DNA from: Gaiellales bacterium
Lineage (GTDB): Bacteria; Actinomycetota; Thermoleophilia; Gaiellales; JAICJC01
Assembly: GCA_035695105.1 (NCBI GenBank)
Contig: DASSEV010000016.1
Location: 24,345-88,344, forward strand
Direction of reading: 5' to 3'
Length of the DNA: 64,000 nt
Part shown: piece by piece, positions 31,077 to 40,065 of the stretch
Numbering within the stretch: the stretch's first letter is position 1
How the letters are laid out: each line of letters starts with the position of its first letter
Notes under the pieces: model-generated
Told to the model about the DNA's origin: nothing
The model's input: the letters and a program-made list of their open reading frames with translations, nothing else
The model's database searches: none
Made by a program: the position numbers and the translations under genes

Positions 31077-31128
31077 CGGATGTCGCAAGCTACTTGATCC
31101 GGGGCCGCCGGGTGTCGATACGCGAGGC

Positions 31129-31695
31129 ATGCGACCGTCCCGCTCGGCCCTCGTCTTGCTCGCCCTGCTCTGCCTGCCAGCGTGCGGCGGGCTGAGCTCC
31201 TCGGCGCTCGACGGGAACGTCAAGAAGGCCTTCGTCACGCGGCAGAACGGCGTGGACGACGTGAAGGGCGTCGACTGCAGCGACCAGGCTCCCCCTCCGG
31301 ACAGCCTGCCCGGCGGCGTCGGATCGGTGCATGCCGAGCGCACGTGCACGATCACGTTCAGCGACGGCCGGCAGACGCAGGTGTGGGCGGTGCACGTGCT
31401 CGACCTCGGCGTCAGCCACGACGTGCAGCTGCTCTACCGCGTGGACGGGAACGCGACCGCGCCGGCCCCGAGGGTCGACGTCGCCAAGGTGTTCAGCAGC
31501 CAGATGGCGGTGCTGGAGGGCGGCCACGCGATCAGCGGGGTGCGGTGCCGCCCCGGCACGCCAACGCCTCCGTCGGGCGCCGCGTTCGCGCCGGCCGACC
31601 ACGTCTGCATCGCGCGCGTGTCCGGCAGCGGCATGCAGCGCTGGGCGGTGCGGATCGTAGGCAGCAACGTGCAGGTGCTGTTCAAGCTGAGCTGA
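31129..31695 (+). CDS. Lipoprotein with two internal Cys-pair repeats (DUF4333-like, tentative)
   Basis: The signal peptide and lipobox are [21 protein letters not shown]. Two similar modules follow, each with a C...C pair (VDCSDQ...RTCTITF and VRCRPG...HVCIARV). Only the last 188 aa of the track ORF are used. Confidence 0.6.
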   Translation: MRPSRSALVLLALLCLPACGGLSSSALDGNVKKAFVTRQNGVDDVKGVDCSDQAPPPDSLPGGVGSVHAERTCTITFSDGRQTQVWAVHVLDLGVSHDVQLLYRVDGNATAPAPRVDVAKVFSSQMAVLEGGHAISGVRCRPGTPTPPSGAAFAPADHVCIARVSGSGMQRWAVRIVGSNVQVLFKLS

Positions 31696-32419
31696 GCGTG
31701 CGCAGGCGGAACCCGCCGTGGTGCGCGTAGGTCTCCTCGACGACGCGGAGCGCGTTGGCGGCTGCGGCCGGTGCGAGCAGCACGCTCTCGAGCGGGCGCT
31801 CGAGCAGCGACTCGATCGCCTCGACGCCTCCTGGGGCAACACGGAAGCCACCGGCGGTGGTCAGGCAGACGGCACACACGGCGCCGCCGGCTCCGGGCGA
31901 GTAGCCGGCCAGCGGGCCCTCAGAGCCGCATGACGCGCACGAGACGAGGTGCGGCAGGTAGCCGGCGAGCGCGAGCAGCTTCAGCTGGAAGGCGAGGCCG
32001 AGGCCGTCGTGCTGGGGGTCTGATGCGCGATCGAGCGGCTCCTCGAGCAGCTCGAGGAACCGGCACGCGCCCTCGTAGGCGCGGGCATGCGGCTCCGGCT
32101 CGGCGAACAGCTTGAGCACGGCCTCGGCGCCGATCAGCCCGACCGCGAGCGCGTAGGGGTCGGCGCGCACGGGGGCATGGGAGCGGATGATGTCGGCGCC
32201 CGAGACGGTGTGCAGCTCGCCGCGGCCCTCGTGGAGGACGAGCGAGGTACGGGTGAGCGGCTCGAGCCGCGCGCCGAAGCGGGAGCCGGTCTTGCGGACG
32301 CCCTTGGCGATGGCGTTCACACGGCCGCGCTCGAGGGTGTACAGATGCAGGACGCGGTCCGCCTCCGAGAAGCGAATCGAGCGCAAGACGATCGCGTCGG
32401 CCTTGTAGCTGCGGCCCAT
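31682..32419 (-). CDS. recO: DNA repair protein RecO
   Basis: 245 aa: an OB-fold N-terminus (ADAIVLRSIRFSEADRVLHLYTLERGRVNAIAKG) and a zinc finger (CASCGS...CAVC). Confidence 0.87.
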   Translation of the reverse strand: MGRSYKADAIVLRSIRFSEADRVLHLYTLERGRVNAIAKGVRKTGSRFGARLEPLTRTSLVLHEGRGELHTVSGADIIRSHAPVRADPYALAVGLIGAEAVLKLFAEPEPHARAYEGACRFLELLEEPLDRASDPQHDGLGLAFQLKLLALAGYLPHLVSCASCGSEGPLAGYSPGAGGAVCAVCLTTAGGFRVAPGGVEAIESLLERPLESVLLAPAAAANALRVVEETYAHHGGFRLRTLSSA

Positions 32420-32425
32420 GTGGGC

Positions 32426-32431
32426 AGTCTA
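32426..32431 (-). promoter_or_regulatory. Candidate -10 hexamer TAGACT, 6 nt upstream of the recO ATG (leaderless-type promoter)
   Basis: The minus strand reads TTGTGA-N16-TAGACT-GCCCAC-ATG. No Shine-Dalgarno is possible in the 6-nt gap. Confidence 0.35.
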
Positions 32432-32442
32432 GGCACCCGAGT

Positions 32443-32630
32443 ACCCGTCACAATTCCGTGACAGGCCCGTCAAACCAGTCCGGTCGGGCTTTGACTTCAA
32501 TAATTGGCCTGCGCGAGGCGTTCGCTCAACTAGGCCGTCGACCCGTCACGATTGTGTGCCAATCACGCAACGCCCACACGACAGGAGTTGGTCTCCAATA
32601 ATTGGGTCGCCGGATTGCGGTATTGACGGG
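32443..32630. repeat. Intergenic repeat cluster: a 98-bp-period duplicated module plus four copies of the heptamer TGACGGG
   Basis: ACCCGTCAC[A/G]ATT occurs at 32443 and 32541, and CAATAATTGG at 32498 and 32596, so both have a 98-bp period. CCCGTCA occurs at 32444, 32466 and 32542 (minus sense), and TGACGGG at 32624 (plus sense). Confidence 0.6.
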
Positions 32631-32646
32631 CCGCGGATGATCTGCG

Positions 32647-33105
32647 TCAGCCGGTGACGTCGCGGACGTCGGCGTTTGGGATCGCTCGGAGCAGCGCCTC
32701 GAGCTCCACCTCGCAGACCGCGTGCGGCGTGCCGGCCGCGCACCAGACGGTCTCGAACCGCCGCAGCGACGCATCGACCACCGTCCGCAGCGGCCGGTCG
32801 TGCCCGACCGGCGGCACGCCGCCGATCGCATACCCCGTCGCCTCCTTGACCTCCTTGCCGCGCCCCATGCTCACGCCCTCGCCGACCCGCTCGAGGTCGA
32901 CCCGGCGGTCGCCGGCACACAGGCAGAGCACCGGCTCGCCGGCCGCGTCGACGAGCACCACCGACTTCACGATCTGGCCCTGCTCGCAGCCGACCGCGGC
33001 CGCCGCCTCCTCCGCGGTCCGCGTCGAATCCGACAGCTCGACCGGCGTCACGGCCAGCCCCTGCGCCGCGGCGCGCTCCTGGAATTTCAGCGAGGTCGGG
33101 TGCAT
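32647..33105 (-). CDS. YbaK/EbsC-family aminoacyl-tRNA editing (deacylase) domain protein
   Basis: MHPTSLKFQERAAAQGL...TRTAEEAAAAVGCEQGQIVKSVVL...GYAIGGVPPVGH. The start at 33105 overlaps the mutM end by 19 nt. The track start at 33174 is unlikely. Confidence 0.75.
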   Translation of the reverse strand: MHPTSLKFQERAAAQGLAVTPVELSDSTRTAEEAAAAVGCEQGQIVKSVVLVDAAGEPVLCLCAGDRRVDLERVGEGVSMGRGKEVKEATGYAIGGVPPVGHDRPLRTVVDASLRRFETVWCAAGTPHAVCEVELEALLRAIPNADVRDVTG

Positions 33106-33911
33106 CTCGGGCAGTAGTGTGTACCACGCTGGGCCACGCGCGTCTTGACGATCGGCGTGCCGCAGCGCGGGCAAGGCTCGCCGGTGCGGTCGAACACGTT
33201 GAAGCGCTCCTGCATCGAGCCGGGCGCGCCGTCCACTCCCCGGTAGGTGTCGATGCTCGCCCCCTGCGCGTCGATGCCGCGCTCGAGCACCGTGATCACG
33301 GCATCGTGCAGCCGTGCGAGCCGCGCCGGCCCGAGCCGCCCACCCGGCGTCAGGGGGTGGATCCGCGCCTCCCAGAGCGCCTCGTCCGCGTAGATGTTGC
33401 CCACTCCCGCAACGACCCTCTGGTCGAGCAGGAGCGCCTTGATCGGCGCCGTGCGGCCCCGCAGCCCCGCCCGGAAGCCCGCCACCGTCCAGTCGCCGGA
33501 CAGCGGCTCGGGCCCCACCCTGCCGCGCCAGTACGTCTCCAGGTCGTCCGACTGCAGCAGCCGCATCGTCCCGAAACGCCGCTGGTCGCTGTAGAGCAGC
33601 CAGGTGCCGTCGTCGAGCCCGAACACGGCCCGCAGGTGCGCCCGCTCCTCCCGCGTCGACACGTGGTGGTACCAGCCGGTCATCCGCAGGTGGCTGACCA
33701 GCGTCCTGCCGTCGTCCAGCCCGATCGTCAGGTACTTCCCACGACGCCCGACGCGCTCCACAACCGCCCCGAGCAGTTCGTGCCCGACCGCGTGCGGATC
33801 CGCCGGCGCCGTGAGCCGCCCGTCGCGGATGTCGGCCGACACGATCTCGCGTCCCGCGAGCGCCCGCTCGAGGCCCCGGCGCACCGTCTCGACCTCGGGC
33901 AGCTCAGGCAT
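33087..33911 (-). CDS. mutM: Formamidopyrimidine-DNA glycosylase
   Basis: MPELPEVETVRRGL is the canonical Fpg N-terminus with catalytic P2/E3. H2TH (GVGNIYADEALW) and a C-terminal zinc finger (CPRCGTPI...YCPRC) are present. Confidence 0.93.
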   Translation of the reverse strand: MPELPEVETVRRGLERALAGREIVSADIRDGRLTAPADPHAVGHELLGAVVERVGRRGKYLTIGLDDGRTLVSHLRMTGWYHHVSTREERAHLRAVFGLDDGTWLLYSDQRRFGTMRLLQSDDLETYWRGRVGPEPLSGDWTVAGFRAGLRGRTAPIKALLLDQRVVAGVGNIYADEALWEARIHPLTPGGRLGPARLARLHDAVITVLERGIDAQGASIDTYRGVDGAPGSMQERFNVFDRTGEPCPRCGTPIVKTRVAQRGTHYCPRCTRPR

Positions 33912-35139
33912 CGAGCATCTCCAGGATCAGCGGCGCTGGCTCCGCCGGCTCGTCGCCGATCTCGAAGCACGCCGCCACCGAGGGCGCGTCGAACTCCCCG
34001 CGCGCATGCACCGTGGCCAGCGCCTCGCCGCGCGAGACCTCGTCGCCCCGCTTACGATGGACGACGATCCCGACCGCGTGGTCGACGGCGTCCTCCTTCC
34101 GCGCCCGTCCCGCGCCGAGCGCGGCCGCAGCGCGTCCGATAGCCAGCGCGTGGCACCGCTGCACGACGCCCGCCCGCGGCGCCGGCACGTCCGCGATCAC
34201 CGGCGCCTCCGGCAGCGGCGCATCCGGGTCCCCGCTCTGGGCGGCGATCCACCGCTCGTACCGCTCGTACGCCTCGCCCCCCGCGAGCGCGCGCTCCGCC
34301 GCCGCACGGTCGCCGACCAGCTCGCCCGCCGCATGGAGGCACAGCTCCCTGAGGTCGGCCGGCCCGTCCCCGCGCAGCGTGGCCACGGCCTCGCGCACCT
34401 CGACGGCGTTGCCCACGGCGTATCCGAGAGGCTCCTCCATCCCGCTCAGCATCGCGGTCGCAGCGATCCCGTGGTCGCGCCCGACATCGACCATCAGCCG
34501 GCCCAGCTCGCGTGCCGAGCCCCGATCGGCCATGAACGCCCCCTCGCCCACCTTGACGTCGAGCAGCAGCCGCGTCGCTCCGGCCGCGATCTTCTTCGAC
34601 ATGATCGACGTCGCGATCAGCGGCAGGCTGTTCACCGTCGCCGTCGCATCCCGCAGGGCGTACATCCGCCCATCCGCCGGCGCCAGCTCCGCGGTCTGTC
34701 CGCACACCGCGATCCCGACCTGCTCGACCTGCCGCCGCATGCCCGCGAGCGACAGCGACACACGCATGCCCGGGATCGACTCCAGCTTGTCGAGCGTCCC
34801 GCCCGTGTGCCCGAGGCCCCTGCCGCTCATCTTCGCCACGAGCGCCCCGCACGCCGCCACCAGCGGCGCGAGCACGATCGTCGTCTTGTCGCCCACCCCA
34901 CCGGTCGAGTGCTTGTCCGCCACCGGCCACGGCCATGACACCCGCTCGCCCGAGTCGACCATCGCCTCGAGCAGGTCGGCCGTCTCCCGCCGGCTCATCC
35001 CGCGCAGCACCACCGCCATCAGGAACGCGGACAGCTGGTAGTCCGGAACATCCGGGTCGATCATCGCTCGCAGCTCGTCCCCGTCCAGCTCCCCGCCGTC
35101 CCGCTTGCGCGCAATCAGCTCGGTGACAGGCGCCGTCAC
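33904..35139 (-). CDS. deoA: Thymidine/pyrimidine-nucleoside phosphorylase
   Basis: IARKRDGGELDGDELR, DKHSTGGVGDKTT, KMSGRGLGHTGGTLDKLES and SIMSKKIA are seen. The GTG at 35139 overlaps the deoB stop (GTGA). Confidence 0.9.
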   Translation of the reverse strand: MTAPVTELIARKRDGGELDGDELRAMIDPDVPDYQLSAFLMAVVLRGMSRRETADLLEAMVDSGERVSWPWPVADKHSTGGVGDKTTIVLAPLVAACGALVAKMSGRGLGHTGGTLDKLESIPGMRVSLSLAGMRRQVEQVGIAVCGQTAELAPADGRMYALRDATATVNSLPLIATSIMSKKIAAGATRLLLDVKVGEGAFMADRGSARELGRLMVDVGRDHGIAATAMLSGMEEPLGYAVGNAVEVREAVATLRGDGPADLRELCLHAAGELVGDRAAAERALAGGEAYERYERWIAAQSGDPDAPLPEAPVIADVPAPRAGVVQRCHALAIGRAAAALGAGRARKEDAVDHAVGIVVHRKRGDEVSRGEALATVHARGEFDAPSVAACFEIGDEPAEPAPLILEMLDA

Positions 35140-36299
35140 AGCACCGGCGTGCCGGGCAGGTCGCCGTCGTGACGGCCGGTCAGATGCCGCTGCACGGTTG
35201 CCCCGACGTCCGAGAACGTGTCGCCGTCGTGCCGCCCGCCCGCCATCGGCGCACCGACCAGATGGGCGAGCAGCAGCGCGTGCTCGCGCGAGTGGTCGGT
35301 GGACGGCGTCGTCGGGTCGCAGCCGTGATCCGACGTCAGCACCAGCAGATCGCCGTGCCGCAGCGCGGCCATCAGCTGCGGCAGCCCCTCGTCGAACTCG
35401 CGCAGGCAATCCGCGAACCCCTCGGGGTCGTTGCGGTGGCCCCACACCATGTCGGTCTCGACCAGGTTCGTGAACACCAGCGCGTCGTCGGGCAGGGTGC
35501 GCAGCAGCTGGGTCGTTCGCGCGATGCCCTGGGCGTTCGACTCCGTCGGCGAGGACGAGTCCATGTGCCGGCCGGCGAAGATGTCCGGGATCTTGCCCAC
35601 GCCGTGCACCGTCACGCCCGCCTCGCGCATCCGCTCGAGGTGGTTCGGGACCGGCGGCTCGAGCGAGAAATCGTGCCGGTGCGGCGTGCGGACGTACGCG
35701 CCGGGCTCGCCGACGAACGGCCGCGCGATGACGCGCCCGACGGCGAGCGGGCCGGTCAGCAGCTCACGCGCGGTGCGGCAGGCGGCGTAGAGCTCGTCGA
35801 GGGGCACGGTCTGCTCGTGCGCGGCGATCTGGAACACGCTGTCAGCGGACGTGTAGACGATCCACGAGCCCGTACGCTGATGCTCCTCGCCGAGCCGCTG
35901 GATGATCTCGGTGCCGGACGCCGCGACGTTTCCCAGCACCCCGCGCCCGGTGCGTCCGGAGAACTCTGCGAGCAGCTCCTCGGGGAACCCGTCCGGGAAG
36001 GTCGGGAACGCCCGCTCGGTGACTATGCCCATCATCTCCCAGTGGCCGGTGGTCGTGTCCATCCCCTGGCTCAGCTCCCGCAGCCGCCCCCACACGGCGG
36101 GCGCGTCGGGCCGGGGCGCGCAGCCGGCGATCGGCTCGATGTTGCCGAGGCCGAGCTGCTGGAGCGCGGGGACGTCCAGGCCGCCCACGGCCTCCGCCAC
36201 GTGTGCCAGGGTGTTCGATCCAGCCGTGCCGAAGCGGTCGGCGTCGGGCAGGTCACCGGCACCCACCGCATCGAGCACGATCACGCATGCGCGTGGCAT
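35136..36299 (-). CDS. deoB: Phosphopentomutase
   Basis: 387 aa: VIVLDAVGAG, TTGHWEMMG, LVETDMVWGHRND and LTSDHGCDPT, the DeoB metal and active-site motifs. Confidence 0.92.
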   Translation of the reverse strand: MPRACVIVLDAVGAGDLPDADRFGTAGSNTLAHVAEAVGGLDVPALQQLGLGNIEPIAGCAPRPDAPAVWGRLRELSQGMDTTTGHWEMMGIVTERAFPTFPDGFPEELLAEFSGRTGRGVLGNVAASGTEIIQRLGEEHQRTGSWIVYTSADSVFQIAAHEQTVPLDELYAACRTARELLTGPLAVGRVIARPFVGEPGAYVRTPHRHDFSLEPPVPNHLERMREAGVTVHGVGKIPDIFAGRHMDSSSPTESNAQGIARTTQLLRTLPDDALVFTNLVETDMVWGHRNDPEGFADCLREFDEGLPQLMAALRHGDLLVLTSDHGCDPTTPSTDHSREHALLLAHLVGAPMAGGRHDGDTFSDVGATVQRHLTGRHDGDLPGTPVL

Positions 36300-36395
36300 G
36301 CGGGCAATCTAGTGAACTCCCCGGGGCCGAGGGTTTCACCCGAAGCCCCGTCGCCTCCTCCGAGCCACGATCGGAGCATCCACGGAGGAGGCATC

Positions 36396-37025
36396 ATGGC
36401 TGGAAGACGATCATCGATCATGGCCGTCGCGGCGGCGGTGGCGCTGTTCGCCGCCGCCTGCGGCAGCAGCGGCGGAACCGGATCCGGCGGCGGGAGCAGT
36501 GCGTCCGGCCGCGGCTCCACGACGACGACCGACGGGGCGCCCGGAACGCTCGACTCGGCGACGGTGCTCGACGCGGGAACGGGCTCGGCGCTGAAGGTGT
36601 ACGTCGCCGGGCTCGGGCCGGTGTGGAGACAGGTCAGGCTGGCGAACCGGGCTGCGGCAGACGAGGCTCGCATCGCCTCCTCAGGCGACTTCCCCGCGCT
36701 GGCCGCCGACAGCCGCACCGTGGCGCTGCATCTGGGTCGGGCGGTCGCGGCCGCGCGGAACATGCACGTTGCACCGGGTCTCGCACGGCCCCATGCCGAT
36801 CTCGTCCGCGCACTTGCGGTCGGCCGGCGCATGGCGGGACGCCTGGCCACGCTGTACGACCACATCGGGCCTGACGCCCGCCGCGACTACCGCCGCAACG
36901 TGCTCCCGCTCGAGAAGCGCTCGCTCCGCCTGGCGAACCGCTGGTACGGATTCATGCAGGGCGCGATGCTGGCCGAGCACGTGCGCGAGCCGCGCTTCAT
37001 CGGCCACCTGTTCGACTGGACGTAG
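36396..37025 (+). CDS. Putative lipoprotein, hypothetical (209 aa)
   Basis: GGAGGAGG lies 5 nt before the ATG. The signal and lipobox are MAGRRSSIMAVAAAVALFAAAC-GSSGG, followed by a Gly/Ser/Thr linker and then a helical domain. This is the tail of a 618-aa track ORF. Confidence 0.6.
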   Translation: MAGRRSSIMAVAAAVALFAAACGSSGGTGSGGGSSASGRGSTTTTDGAPGTLDSATVLDAGTGSALKVYVAGLGPVWRQVRLANRAAADEARIASSGDFPALAADSRTVALHLGRAVAAARNMHVAPGLARPHADLVRALAVGRRMAGRLATLYDHIGPDARRDYRRNVLPLEKRSLRLANRWYGFMQGAMLAEHVREPRFIGHLFDWT

Positions 37026-37037
37026 CCGGCACAGGAT

Positions 37038-37065
37038 CACGTCCGGAGCACCATCTCCGGACGTG
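37038..37065. terminator. Bidirectional hairpin between the convergent lipoprotein and GNAT genes
   Basis: CACGTCCGGAG-caccat-CTCCGGACGTG, an 11-bp perfect stem. Confidence 0.6.
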
Positions 37066-37071
37066 GCCCGG

Positions 37072-37893
37072 CTACAGCTCCCTGCGCATCTCCCACTGCC
37101 AGTGGCTCTCCCGCAGCGCCCCGAGCGCCCGCAGCAGCGCCCCCGCCTCCCACCACTCCTCGGGCATCAGCGCGGGCACCCCGATCCAGCCCGCCGGGAG
37201 CAGCGACAGCGCCCGCCGCGCGGCGCCGTGGCGGCGATGGGCGGGGTCGACGGCAAGCGCATACAGCCAGAATCGATCGCCCCTGCCCTTCCCGAACAGC
37301 ACGGCCCGCCCGTCCAGCCGCTTCGCCGGCAGATGCACGAGCGAGGCGGGCTCGAGCTGCCAGGGTGGGTCCGGCCACCCGAACGCCTGCAGCATCCGAA
37401 GGCCCTCGGCCGACTCACAGTCGGCGAGCCGTGCCGACAGCCGCGCCCGCACCCCGCGGCCGGGTCGCTGGAAGCTGTACCCGAGCAGGCGTCTGGTCTG
37501 CTCGAACCCCGCCTTGCGGTACAGGTTGACCGCGCCGTCGTTGCCGTCCAGCACCTCCAGGCAGACCGTTCGCGCTCCCGCGCCGCGCAGGGCGTCGAGC
37601 GTCTCGTCCAGCACGCGGCGGCCGAGCCGGCGGCGGCGGAAGACGGGTGCCGTGCCCTCGCCGCGGATGCTGGCGCGGTCGCCGCGCAGCGCGCCGAGGC
37701 AGAAGCTGGCCGGCGTGCCGTCGACGAAGGCGACGCGGCTCGAGGACAGGTCGACGTCCGTCTCCTCGAGATACGTGCGCAGCGTGGCCGCGTCGAGCAC
37801 CGCCGGGACGGCGTAGTCAGCAAAGGCGACGTTGTGCAGGTCGGCCAGCCAGTCGACGTCCTGCGGACGCAGCGGCCTGACCTCGACGCTCAA
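37072..37893 (-). CDS. GNAT-family N-acetyltransferase (two-lobed)
   Basis: VEVRPLRPQDVDWLADLHNVAF...VFRRRRLGRRVLDETLDALRGAG...NDGAVNLYRKAGF shows acetyl-CoA motif A. A second GNAT-like half carries AVDPAHRRHGAARRAL. The proposed TTG start overlaps the xerD TGA (TTGA). Confidence 0.65.
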   Translation of the reverse strand: MSVEVRPLRPQDVDWLADLHNVAFADYAVPAVLDAATLRTYLEETDVDLSSSRVAFVDGTPASFCLGALRGDRASIRGEGTAPVFRRRRLGRRVLDETLDALRGAGARTVCLEVLDGNDGAVNLYRKAGFEQTRRLLGYSFQRPGRGVRARLSARLADCESAEGLRMLQAFGWPDPPWQLEPASLVHLPAKRLDGRAVLFGKGRGDRFWLYALAVDPAHRRHGAARRALSLLPAGWIGVPALMPEEWWEAGALLRALGALRESHWQWEMRREL

Positions 37894-38771
37894 GCTCTCG
37901 GGTGCGCCTTCTGGTAGGCCTCGCGCACGTGTTCCACCGAGACGTGCGTGTACACCTGCGTCGTCTCGATCGAGGCATGGCCGAGCATCTCCTGCACGCT
38001 GCGCAGATCGCACCCGTTCTCGATCAGATGGGTCGCGAACGAGTGTCGCAGCGTGTGCGGTGTCACGACCTTTTCGATGCCCGCCTCGCGCGCATGGTCG
38101 CGCACCAGCTGGAACACGGCCTGCCGGGTGATGCCCTGGCCGCGGTGGTTCAGGAACAGGACGTCCCCGCGCTGCATCCGGCCCAGATAGGGACGGCCGC
38201 GCTGCATGTAGATCCTGATCGCCTCGATTGCCCTCCGCCCGGTCGGCACCACACGCTCCTTGGCGCCCTTGCCGGTGGTGCGTACGAGCCCCTCCTCGAG
38301 GTCGATGTCCGAGACGCGCAGCGACACGAGCTCCGAGACGCGGAGCCCTGCGCCGTACATCAGCTCGAGCATCGCCCGGTCGCGCAGCCCGCGGGGCGAC
38401 CCGTCGGGGCTCGTGACGATGGCCTCGGCCTCCTCCGGCGTGAGCGGCTCAGGCAGGCGGCGGCCCAGCCGCGGCAGGGCAACCGAGCGCCCGGCGTCGG
38501 GGCGACCGCCCTCGCGCGCGCGGTGCTTGAGGAACGCCCTCACCGCCGCCAGGCGGCGGCGGACCGTGGCCGGTGACAGCCCGCGATCCTTGAGCGCAAC
38601 TGCGTAGTCGTCCAGCACGCTGACCGGGATCTCGTCGGGGTCGACGTGCTCGACGAAATCGCCGAGGTCGATCAGGTCGCGCCGGTACGCCTCGATCGTG
38701 TGCGGCGATGCGCCCCGCTCGAGCTGCAGGCTCGTCAGGAACTCCGCCAGCTTCTGATCGTAGGTGCGCAT
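37890..38771 (-). CDS. xerD: Tyrosine site-specific recombinase XerD/XerC
   Basis: 293 aa from MRTYDQKLAEFLTSLQLERGASPHTIEAYRRDL. The catalytic residues are visible: GLRVSEL (R), HTLRHSFATHL (H-x-x-R), LGHASIETTQVYTHV (H...Y). Confidence 0.85.
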   Translation of the reverse strand: MRTYDQKLAEFLTSLQLERGASPHTIEAYRRDLIDLGDFVEHVDPDEIPVSVLDDYAVALKDRGLSPATVRRRLAAVRAFLKHRAREGGRPDAGRSVALPRLGRRLPEPLTPEEAEAIVTSPDGSPRGLRDRAMLELMYGAGLRVSELVSLRVSDIDLEEGLVRTTGKGAKERVVPTGRRAIEAIRIYMQRGRPYLGRMQRGDVLFLNHRGQGITRQAVFQLVRDHAREAGIEKVVTPHTLRHSFATHLIENGCDLRSVQEMLGHASIETTQVYTHVSVEHVREAYQKAHPRA

Positions 38772-38862
38772 CACGGGGGCAGGTTCGCCGTGCCACCGAC
38801 GATCCCTTCTCCCGAAGCATACGACTCCTGCGCAACCGGCCCCTGGCTGGGGCGACGGCACC

Positions 38863-39981
38863 TCAGGCCGGCAGCGCCACCTCGTCGAGCGGGGTGTAGT
38901 CCATGCCGACCGCCTCCGCGACCGGCTCATACGTGATGCGCCCGTCGATCACGTTCACGCCCTTCGCCAGCCCCGGGTCATCCGCGAGCGCGCGGGAGAC
39001 GCCCTTTGCAGCGATCGCCTCGACGTAGGGCAGCGTGACGTTCGTGAGGGCCCAGGTCGACGTGATCGGCACGGCGCCGGGCATGTTCGCGACGCAGTAG
39101 TGCAGCACGTCGTCGACCACGTACGTCGGGTCGGAGTGGGTCGTCGGCCGCGACGTCTCGAAGCACCCGCCCTGGTCGATCGCCACGTCGACGAGCACGG
39201 AGCCGGGCTTCATGCTCTTCAGCATGTCGCGGGTGACCAGGTGCGGCGCCTTGGCCCCCGGGATCAGCACCGCGCCGATCACGAGGTCGGCGGCCACAAG
39301 CGCCTCCTCGATCGCCTCGCGGCTCGACATCTGCAGGAGCACCGTCCGGCCGAGGCTGACGTCCAGCTCGCGCATGCGGTCGACGCTTCGCTCGAAGATC
39401 GTGACATCGGACTGCATGCCCTGCGCGATCAGCGCCGAGTTGTATCCGACGATCCCGCCGCCGAGCACGAGCACCTTGGCCGGGAGCACGCCGGGAACGC
39501 CCCCCATCAGCCTGCCGCGGCCGCCGAACGGCTTCATCAGGTAGTACGCGCCCACCTGCGCGGCGAGCCGCCCGGCCACCTCGCTCATCGGCGCCAGCAG
39601 TGGCAGGTGGTGGTTCGCGGTCTCGACCGTCTCGTAGGCGATCGCCGTCGCGCCCGTGCCGGCCAGGCCCTTGGTCAGCTCCGGCGCGGCCGCCAGATGG
39701 AGGTAGGTGAAGAGCACCTGGCCCTCCGACAGCTTCTGCCACTCGCCGTCCAGCGGCTCCTTCACCTTCAGCACCATCTCCGACTCGCCCCAGACGGCAT
39801 CGACGTCGGCGATCGAGGCGCCGGCGGCGCGGTAGTCGTCGTCGGACATCGCACTGCCGAGGCCGGCGCCGCTTTCGATCACCACCTCGTGCCCGTGGGA
39901 CACCAGCTCCCGCACGCCGGCCGTCGTCAGGGCGACGCGGTACTCGTCTGGCTTGATCTCCTTGGCGACGCCGATCTTCAT
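38863..39981 (-). CDS. ald: Alanine dehydrogenase
   Basis: 372 aa: [27 protein letters not shown]..., [26 protein letters not shown]. Confidence 0.93.
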   Translation of the reverse strand: MKIGVAKEIKPDEYRVALTTAGVRELVSHGHEVVIESGAGLGSAMSDDDYRAAGASIADVDAVWGESEMVLKVKEPLDGEWQKLSEGQVLFTYLHLAAAPELTKGLAGTGATAIAYETVETANHHLPLLAPMSEVAGRLAAQVGAYYLMKPFGGRGRLMGGVPGVLPAKVLVLGGGIVGYNSALIAQGMQSDVTIFERSVDRMRELDVSLGRTVLLQMSSREAIEEALVAADLVIGAVLIPGAKAPHLVTRDMLKSMKPGSVLVDVAIDQGGCFETSRPTTHSDPTYVVDDVLHYCVANMPGAVPITSTWALTNVTLPYVEAIAAKGVSRALADDPGLAKGVNVIDGRITYEPVAEAVGMDYTPLDEVALPA

Positions 39982-40016
39982 GAGTGCTCCGGGTTCGGTG
40001 GACGGCTGAAGCGGCC

Positions 40017-40037
40017 GAGCCGGTGATCCTCCGGCTC
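40017..40037 (-). terminator. Candidate hairpin downstream of the M20 peptidase gene
   Basis: GAGCCGG-tgatcct-CCGGCTC, a 7-bp stem. Confidence 0.35.
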
Positions 40038-40065
40038 CGGCGCGGCAAACCCTGAGATTGTACGC

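Noticed and set aside
31077-31128. A possible glycine T-box or riboswitch leader upstream of glyQ
   Set aside because: Only 52 bp separate glyQ from the divergent lipoprotein gene. That is far too short for a T-box (about 200 nt or more), and no specifier or T-box sequence is visible.
36305-36345. GTGAAC...TTTCAC near the deoB promoter as a third copy of the 33-nt palindromic element
   Set aside because: The spacing differs (16 nt rather than 21 nt between the arms), and the AGTGCCTGGCACT core is missing. The resemblance is limited to one hexamer.
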